Assembly (NCBI GenBank): GCA_964016885.1
Contig: OZ024746.1
Coordinates: 24,924,001 to 24,988,000 of the forward strand
Reading direction: 5' to 3'
DNA from: Eledone cirrhosa
Taxonomy: Eukaryota
Length of the DNA: 64,000 nt
Shown here: positions 54,620-64,000 of the stretch, piece by piece
Numbering within the stretch: position 1 is the stretch's first letter
Layout: each line of letters starts with the position of its first letter
Program-made: the position numbers and the translations under genes
Notes under the pieces: model-generated
Told to the model about the DNA's origin: nothing
The model's input: only the letters and a program-made list of their open reading frames with translations
Databases searched by the model: none

Positions 54620-57600
54620 GTGTGTGTGTATATATATTTATGTGTGTGTGTATATATATTTATGTGTGTGTGTGTAGAGAGAGAGAGAGAGATAGACATA
54701 CATAGACATAAGACGGATATATAAACATATATATATATATGTGTATGTATATATGTGTGTGTATTATAAAGACATAATTGCTATAATGTCCTCTATAGTT
54801 TTAATTCACGTTGTTACATAATTTTAGCTCTGTATATAACAGTGCTACTATAAAAACTGTTAAGTACTTTCTAGTTGACCTAATAGTATTGGTCATAATT
54901 TCTTTGTACTGAACGTTGCTAATATTTCAAATGCACTTCATTGCTTTTATTGGCTACCATCTTATGTTGGTACCCAGTAGGCCTGCATCTTATGCCATTC
55001 TAAATAGTATGGTTTCATACAAACCAATCCAAGGCCTTTTCACTCCTGTTGGAGGAACCTCTCCTTTGCTGACTTCCACTGCCTTCTATTTGTTTTGGTC
55101 ATGCCTTCAAGGGTGTAGCTGTACTCACCATGTTTGGCCAATTGTGGGTTGGGGAAGCTATTTAATCCATAGTTGTTGTGGATGGCTGTTGACTCTGAGG
55201 AGATCATCCACCCTTTTAACAGGTCTTGATTTTTGTATTGCAGGGGTTCCACTTACCCACCTCACTATAAAGGTTGTACTGGGCTACATGGTACTATCAT
55301 CATCATCATCATCATCATCTTCGTTTAACGTCCATCTTCCATGCTAGCATGGGTTAGACTATACATAGTTAAAACCTTGACCTGACCATATGCAGTCAGA
55401 AATTCTCCTTTTGATTAAAGAAAAATATGTAAATCTCTTAACAAACCTGTTCCATACGAAATTGCATCACATAATGTAAGAAAGATATCTCTAGCCCTTT
55501 CCATTACCATTTTTTTGCTGAGTTTTCTCACCTCCAGAGAACCTAGCATTATGTCATTGTCATACATAGTACTTTTATAGAGGGGTCTTAAACATACATT
55601 GACTTTTAATAATGGGGAATTACCTGACCATGTAAGATGCAGGCCCACTATCTAGGTCTGTGTCCTAGGCAGCTATCTAGTGGCGTTAGCGCCAGCCTTA
55701 CAGACAGATTCAGGTCAAACTTGGATTTGATGGAATGGCCAAAATACTATAATTTCTGTGTCATGGCCACACAGGCATCTGGGACATGATAATTTTGAGA
55801 TTACTATAGATATTTACCATTGCTAATTATTATTCATCTGGCTTGCTTTGACTCAGGTACATTTACTAATGCTAATGATGATAAATACACATGTAGATTA
55901 CTAAGGAGAACACTTGTGATGGTTCTATGTGTTGGTGGCAGTGTGTATATGAGTATGTATGTGAGTGAGTATGTGTGTCAGTATGTATGTGAGTGTGTAT
56001 GTGTGTCAGTATGTATGTGAGTGTGTATGAATGTGTGTGCGTGAGTGAATATGTTCACGTGTGAGGGAGCGTGTATATGAGTATGTATGCAAGTGAGTAT
56101 GTGAGTGTGTATTTGTAAGTATGAATATGTGTGAGTATGTATGTAAGTGTATGAGTGAGTATGTATATGAGTGTATGTATGAGTGACCGTGTATGTAAGA
56201 GTGTGCATGTGTGTATGTCAATGAATATGTTCATATCTGTGTGATTATGTATTTGTGAGTGGAGGTGTATATGAGTGAGTATATATATCAGTAAGTATGT
56301 TTGTGAATGTATATATAATTAAATATGAACGTGTGTACAACAGTAATTATTAGCGATAATACTAACACAGCCTGATTCAGAATAAAGACATATATGGGTC
56401 CATATATGAAAAAGCTTATAAAAATAAAAACAGGCAATAATAGTATAAAAAATAAAACAATATCTAGGCCCCTCTGTAAGGTGGTAGTGTCGGAGTCACA
56501 ATAAACTACTTCCAGTTCATACATTAAAGGGATTGGTTGTAGGAAGGGCATCCAGCCATAGAACCCAAGCAAAAAAACAGAGTGTACAATCATGATGTAA
56601 TCACTCAACCAGTTTAGGCCTTTAGTTAAATCATGTGAAACCACAGCCGGTCTAAAAGTTGATGAGTGTATATAAATGTTTGTGTGATCTCTCATCCATT
56701 TTCTTCCTTTTCTCCTTTCTTCCTATCACTTCTGTGTGCCAACACATTTTTAGCGGCTGATTTCCATCCTTTGAGATAAATTTTACCTGACTGTGTCATT
56801 GACGGCATTTTGCTGTTTTAACAGCTTCCTTGTGTTGAATTCTTCTCATGATTCTTCAAGCTCCATAGTCGAGATAGGTTTTTTTTTATAGTCTAGCCTC
56901 AGTACATGACAACTCGTTTAACCATTGCAAGCATGGAAAATAGATGTTAAACAGTGATTATAATGATGATGATGAAAATGATGATGATGAAGCAACCAGT
57001 TGAATAGCAAAGACCTTAAAAAAAAAACATTATAAACAAAAGAAAATAAAACAATATTGGAAAATAACCAATGAAATAAACAGACACAGATAATAATCTA
57101 TTAAAAAGAACGCAACAAAAGGGATGCCAAAGACCAACCAATAGAAACAAAAACAAACAAAAAGATAAAAATATCAAGTAAACTAGTTAGTGCTTGCCTG
57201 ATGCTTGTTGTGGCATGAAACTTGAGCTGTGAGAATGGAATTCAGTTTAACCCTTTTGTCACCATATTTCTAATGAAAGACTGCCTAAATTTTCAAATGA
57301 TTTTGAAAATCGAGTGATTTAGTAATATAACTAATTTTCTCATTATTAAAGCTGGTGTTTGAAACATAACTTAAAGGTTCTTACAAAAAACTATGTCAAA
57401 AGGTTTTTAGATAGATATAAATACTTTAAAACAAAATTGTGTTTTGTAAAACCAGGTGCAGTTTCAGATGTGGACTGGGTCTTAAAATTTGCCTGGTTGA
57501 CACTGACTAACAAACTGCAGATTGCTGAGGGCTAGAGATATGGTTTTCCTGCTCACCTAAAGTGCATTCCATTTCTGTTTCAATCTTTATGCTGCGACTA

Positions 57601-57699
57601 TGACTTCAATATACGCGTTATGTGGGTGAATGAGTTTGTCTGTTACTTGTTGCCTTCAACAGCCATATGTATAAATATGCAGGAATATTTTTAAAACCT

Positions 57700-57860
57700 G
57701 ACACTGTTCCGGTAAATAAAACTAACTGGCATTGCCTCATTTGTAACAAAGAGTTCCACTCACTGGGGAGTCTGGAGAGTCACCTTTGGGTTCATTAAGT
57801 GTAGAGAGAGCTGACACATCAGAGGTTGGACACTCAAAATCGAGGGGACAGCTATCATAG
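57700..57860 (+). mobile_element. RTE/BovB-like 3' end with a C2H2 zinc finger
   Basis: 57727-57798 encodes WHCLICNKEFHSLGSLESHLWVH*, followed by a cactcaaaatcgaggggacagc tail-like motif. Confidence 0.55.
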
Positions 57861-58411
57861 AGAGTGGGTTATATGCATTTTATCATGGCACCAATCCTAC
57901 CACTTTACAGGATAGGATGTGTACGTTTTATTGTGCCACCAGTGTTACCACCTTACAGAGTGTGCTCCCACTTTACATCACTATAGAGCATTGGACACCT
58001 TACTTTGCAGCATAGAGTTATGACCCTTTACGTTCTGAGTTCAAATCCCGTTGAGGTTAACTTTGCCTTTCATCCTTACAAGGTCAATAAAATAAAGCAC
58101 CAGTAATGCACTGGGGTAATTGCTGGCCTTGTGCCAAAAGTAGAAACCATTATTATTTGTTTCTTCTTTGCTTTTCGGTATTTGTGACTTGAGTTAGAAA
58201 TTGGAGTGGATTAATCCCCTTGTGTATGGCTATCATTTTCATTGATCAGTTATCTCAATGTTTGTTATTTAGGTATTGCTGTCTAAGGTTGTTGTCAATG
58301 TCATTTCATTGGTCATAGCCAGATTGGCCATTATATCCGGCTTGTCATTTGTTTTGTTGTTTTTTTATTCAAATTTTCTTTTTATTATCATTGTTATATT
58401 GTTGTCATTTG

Positions 58412-58595
58412 TTATGTGTGTAGTGTATGTGTGTGTGTTATGTGTGTAGTGTATATGTGTGTGTTATGTGTGTAGTGTATGTGTGTGTGTTATGTGTGTA
58501 GTGTATGTGTGTGTGTTATGTGTGTAGTGTATGTGTGTGTGTTATGTGTGTAGTGTATGTGTGTGTGTTATGTGTGTAGTGTATGTGTGTGTGTT
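58412..58595. repeat. 26-nt minisatellite, about 7 copies
   Basis: Unit ttatgtgtgtagtgtatgtgtgtgtg. Confidence 0.9.
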
Positions 58596-58659
58596 CCAGC
58601 CTGTGCCAGCATGAAAAGTAAACAGTCATAAAATAGTGATAATAATCATGATGATTATA

Positions 58660-59420
58660 TAATCATCATCATCATCACCATTTAACGTCTATTTTTCCAC
58701 ACTTGCATGGGTTTGATGGGTTGTCATTTTATGAGACAAGTCAGGTCAGGTGACCACATCTTGCTTATACGGATCTGTATTTTGGCTTCGTTTCTACAGC
58801 TGGGTACCCTTCCTAATACCAACCCAGTGACAGTGTGGACTGAGTGCTTTTTTTCGTGTCACCAACCTGACCACCTTACAGGATGAACTGGTTGCTTTTG
58901 TTGTTGTGACACCAGATGAGCATACAGGGTGGACTTAGTGCTTTTTTGTCATGATAACAGCATTAGGGGAGATCAGGTGTAGAGCGTGTCCAGCTTTTGT
59001 ACTTGTATGCATGGGTTGGACAAGAGAGGTGTATCAAGAGGGAAGAAGTAAACTAGTTTGACATGGATGAGGTACGTGGGATATTTAGCTGGTGAGAGGC
59101 GGTATTAAGACAGAGGAGGCATTAAGAGAAGATTGGTGCAGACTAATGTCCTCTATACGTTTGTTTTTTCCTATGCACATGCGAAGGTGGATCTTTTGCA
59201 GTACAGCATGTGTCATCTCCTTTGTGAGGCCTAATTGGGCAAGGTCAGCTTTTATCACTTTATCCCAAGCTTTCCTAGGTCTTTCCGTCAACTTTAAGCA
59301 CTCTGTATCTTTTTATACAGCTGTCATCCTCCATTCACATTACATGTCCATACCACTGCAATCTCCTCTCTTGTACACGCCATCTGACCCTTCTTATGCC
59401 TAGTTTCTCTCTCAGTTCAT
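58660..59420 (-). mobile_element. Degenerate RTE 3' fragment plus tail
   Basis: Minus-strand ERRLQWYGHVM and RPRKAWDKVIKADL, followed by the shared RTE 3' UTR. Confidence 0.8.
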
Positions 59421-59807
59421 TGACAATCTACATTTGTCTTTGTATTGAATTCTTTCAGCTCCACATTTGAAAAGAGAATAAAGCCCTGAAATATGTTGAA
59501 ATATATTGGGTAAAACATTATTTTGTTTTGTTTTATTTGTCATCATTTGCCCTTTATATTTTTCTACTACATTGTTTGCTTTTTGAAACCTATCAGTCAT
59601 ATAATACATATCTCACAATGCTTTGTATCAACTGTACATATAACTATATTTTACATAAGTTATACGTAATTATATCATATCTGTAATTATATGATATTTC
59701 TAACTAATTCCACAAGTATGAAATATCAAGTTTATGATAATTTCATGAATAACATCCGATTGTTGTTGGTTTTAGTGTTTTTTCAGAGAGACATATTGTT
59801 GCTGAAA

Positions 59808-59874
<67 letters not shown>

Positions 59875-61951
59875 GTCTGTCTATCTGTCTATCTATCTAT
59901 CTGTCTATTTATCTATCTATCTCTATCTATCTATGTCTAGCTTCCACTTCCTCTTTCCTTTATCTCCTATCTCTCTCTCTCATCCCCCTCTTACCTTCTC
60001 TATCCTCCTGTATTTCTCTCCCCTCTTCTTCTCCAGCTTCTCTCTCTTTCTCCCTCTTTTTTCCCCTCTCTCCATTTTTCTCTCTCTCTCTCCATTTCTC
60101 TATCTCTCCCTTCTCCCTCTCTCCATCACTACCCCCACCTCCTCCATTGCTCTCTCCACCCTTTTCCTTCCCCTCACTTCCCATGGTAACACTGATGACA
60201 ATAATTCGACCCCCATGCTGTGACAATAATGTCTGCTATTATTGGCAGTATTGCCATGCAGAATGAGAAATGGAGTCACACTTGCTAATTGGGATATATT
60301 GTGGAAGCAATTACCTGGAAAGTGTAATTATCTTTGTCAAAGACACACACACATACACACACAAACAAAAACACACATACACACATATACACACACACAA
60401 ACACACATACACACATAAACACATACATACACACAAACACACATAAACACATACATGCTCACAAACACACATACACACAAACACACATACACACATAAAC
60501 ACATACATACGCACAAACACACATAAACACATACACACAAACACACATACACACATAAACACATACATACGCACAAACACACATAAACACATACATGCTC
60601 ACAAACACACATACACACATACACACATAAACACATACATACACACAAACACACATAAACACATACATGCTCACACACACACAAACACACATACACACAT
60701 ATACACACACACAAACACACATACACACATAAACACATACATACACACACATACACACTTACACACAGACAAACACACATACACGCATAAACACATACAT
60801 ACACACAAACACACATACACACATTTACAAACATAGAACACATACCCATACACACATACATATGCAAGCATGCAACACATGCCAAACATGTGCAAGCACA
60901 CAACACATACACACTTATACATACATTTGTGCAAGCACATAACACATACACACACAGGCACACACACACACACACACATCCAAACTCAATCATACATACA
61001 CGCACGCATTGCACTCACATAAACACATGTACATACCCATATACACATATACATACATGCACACACATACACAAAGAATACAGATTCCAATACAATCATA
61101 TGAAATTATATGTACACTTACATACACACATACACACATACACACATACACACATACACACATACACACATACACACATACACACATACACTCACAAACA
61201 TAAACATATGCATCATCATCATCATTACCATCATCGGCATCATCATCATCTTCTTCCTCCTCCTCCTCCTCATCATCATCATCACCATGACCACCACCAC
61301 CACCACCACCACCACCACCACCACCACCATCACCATCATCATCACCATCATCATCATTTGATGTCCACTTTCTATGAGAAATTTAGTTATATTATTAAAT
61401 CCTTTCAAATTCTGGATTTTCAAACTAATTTGAATACCGTTGATAATGTCTTTCATTAGAAATATGGTAACAAAAGCGTTAAACTGTTTATCATCATCAT
61501 CCCAGTTCAATGTCCATTTTCTATGGTTACATAGGTTTGATGGGTTGTCATGTACACAGACTAGACTGGTCAGGTGACCAAGTAATGCTTGTACACTCCA
61601 GTTTTGGCTTGGTTTCCACAGCTGGATGCTCTTCCTAACACCAACCACTCTACAACATGTACTGGGAGCATTTTATTGTGACTCTAGCACTAGCACATTA
61701 CAAAGTGGACTGAGTGCTTTTCATCATGGCACCAGCACTACCACTCTTCAGAGTAGACTGGGTGCTTTTATCATGACACCAGAACTACTGCTTTACAATC
61801 ATAATATTATGCAAGAACCTTTAAGCTATGTTCCAAACACCAGCTTAATAATGAGAAAATTAAATCCCACCAAATTCTTTATTATTTTCAAAATTATTTA
61901 AAAACCATAGGCTGTGTCTATCATTAGAAATAGGTTATGAGAAAGGGCTAA

Positions 61952-62001
<50 letters not shown>

Positions 62002-62970
62002 CCGAAAACGATGGGCGCCTGGCACATTGAATGCGCTCAGGCGCTCACAGTCCTCTGGCAAGCGGGCGCAGCAATCAGTGGAGACTCCACTTCGATATTC
62101 TATAGAGGGATTGTACGTTACAAGGGCGACGACGTGCTCGGAGAGACTCTGGGCATCGAAGACGATGAGCTCACCAGTCTGTTTGGTAGGACTTTCTGCC
62201 CGGGACCTATGGACAACTTCCAGAGGTCCCTGGCCTGGCAGTGCTACCGAGGAGCTCTACCGGTTCGTGACAAAATCTACAGGCACGGACGCCCCGGCAG
62301 GGATCCTTCCAAGAGGACGTGTCCAAGATGCGCGCAGGACATTGAAACAGTCCTGCACGCAATTGTACACTGCCCGGGCGTAACCGACCTGTGGAACTAT
62401 GCAGAACAACTGCTGTCGCGTATGGGACAAATCCAGTTGACTGCCGAGTCCATAGTAAGGATCAAACCGCCAGCCTCTTTCAAAAACGAAAGAGAGGCGG
62501 TTTTCCTCTGTACGGTGGCTATGGTGAAAGAGGTTATATGGTGGACGAGGTTGAGAGGACTGAGGACAGATGCCTTTCTCTCCGGACAACAATTGATTCC
62601 CTTCTTTAAGTATCACTTTAGAAGGAGAATCAGGGTGGAGAGAGCGGCACTGCACCCCAGTAAATTTACTGAAAGGTGGGTGAATGAAGCGAAAATGGCC
62701 CGAGTGATTGGGCCTTCTCTGTTTAAAAGCCTGTAGGTTGAGGAAGAGAGCAAAAGGAAGAAAGGATCACTTGCACAACATGCTCCTGGAGTTGAGTGTT
62801 GCTCTATCGACGGGGTATTAAACAACCCATTTGTGGCGCCTCCTCCCTATTGGGGATTTCGATTGTTGTAATTGTTTGTTTTTATATTTTTTACACGACT
62901 GTATGTAAAATCCCCGGCATGTCTTTGTATTGTCCCCTTTTCTTGTGTGCCCTTGTGGCTAAGAAAGAAA
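62002..62970 (+). mobile_element. 5'-truncated Tx1-type (L1 group) non-LTR retrotransposon in (ATCT)n
   Basis: ORF 62011-62736 with zf-RVT-like WQCYRGALPVRD...CPRC...ETVLHAIVHC...LW and IWWTR; 3' UTR ending ctaagaaagaaa; (ATCT)n on both flanks. Confidence 0.85.
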
Positions 62971-63012
62971 TCTATCTATCTATCTATCTATTTATCTATC
63001 TATCTACCTCTC

Positions 63013-63047
<35 letters not shown>

Positions 63048-63115
63048 AATAGAAAGATTGAGGAGACGGACAGGGTAAAAATGAGAAAATAATTATATAT
63101 ACATATATGTATATA

Positions 63116-63150
63116 CTAGCAGAATGGCCCGGCGTTGCTCGGGATTTGTT
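63116..63150 (-). mobile_element. Helitron 3' terminus (hairpin plus CTAG)
   Basis: Plus strand a|ctagcagaatggcccggcgttgctcggg; upstream extent unclear. Confidence 0.7.
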
Positions 63151-63600
63151 CTAGGGTTCTTATATATTTGATATATATTTATCCTTATCGAGCCTCATGA
63201 AATAAATATGTTTGTTTATATTTTGTTATTGTGTATGCAAAAAAATCTGTACACGAATATATAATTATATATATATATATTAAAATAACAGATTAAAAGT
63301 TTTCATGAAATAGTCTTTAAGACTATACAGAGCATTTGAAGTTTTTCCTAATTGAAGGATGAGTATTTTAGACTTTATTTTATCATGAGTTAAGGCTCTA
63401 TTGATTTTTCCCTGGATTTCACTATATTCTGTGGATGAATTTATATCCTGATTCTCTTTGAGATGAGTTTGAATTATTTTTCCCACATCTTACGTTAACT
63501 ATTTTTCCCATTTTGACGCTATAGTCACTTATATGTTATGGAGTGCTGTTGGCTTTTCGCTGCAGTGTTTTCTATACTTTTCATTTACATATATATATAT

Positions 63601-63865
63601 ATATATATATCTAAAACAGAGAATGTCTGTCTGTCTGACTCCCTAAAACTCGAGAACCACCCAACCAATTTTTTTCAAACGTTACACATGTAATACTTAT
63701 GGTCCTGTGAGTGTTTTGAGCAAAATATATTTCAAATTTTCAATGCCCTAAAGACTGCATTAGCCGAAAAAGCGATCTCTCTCTCTCAGTCTTTCTTTTT
63801 AGATAGATACATAGATATAACGTTGCGCCCTTATAATATCTGTCTGGCTGTCTACATTACGACTT
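63601..63865 (+). mobile_element. 5' part of the same Helitron family
   Basis: Clearly alignable to the reverse complement of 34760-35040. Confidence 0.8.
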
Positions 63866-64000
63866 TATGACGCTATATGTGTGTATATATGTATATATAG
63901 TGTGTGTATATATATATATAGTGTGTAACGTTTTTCGAAATATTTACTTCTGCGTTCACAGATTGATTTTTTTAGTTTCACAAGATCCCGTTAAGGATGA

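Noticed and set aside
57727-57798. C2H2 zinc finger as an exon of a host zinc-finger gene
   Set aside because: Single finger ending in a stop, no TGEKP linker, followed by a retroelement-like tail.
55527-60330. Possible minus-strand exons of a neighbouring gene (near 55530-55625, 57555-57700, 60180-60315)
   Set aside because: Weak acceptors, in-frame stops or unrecognisable peptides; no consistent multi-exon frame.

Overview
Eukaryotic, AT-rich, repeat-dense animal DNA, most likely an octopus (inferred from the SINE/RTE repertoire and very long (TA)n tracts). The first 40 kb carry the 3' part of an Integrator complex subunit 2 gene (INTS2) on the + strand. I traced 21 phase-compatible GT-AG coding exons from 127 to the stop at 39612 (about 1027 aa; the N-terminal exons lie upstream of the window). 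I could not support any other host gene. Introns and the downstream 24 kb are packed with mobile DNA: a young 5'-truncated RTE LINE with an uninterrupted RT frame carrying a PHD-type finger, an R4/Dong-type fragment in (TAA)n, a Tx1-type fragment in (ATCT)n, CR1- and CRE-like remnants, Helitrons, MITEs, tRNA-derived SINEs and several minisatellites. The most notable signal is a 475-nt, terminally redundant, non-coding element in a (TA)n tract containing an apparently intact type I hammerhead ribozyme (49975-50058, minus strand), resembling a Penelope-linked or retrozyme-like element; two degenerate relatives occur elsewhere. Most long ORFs in the supplied track are microsatellite or minisatellite artefacts.
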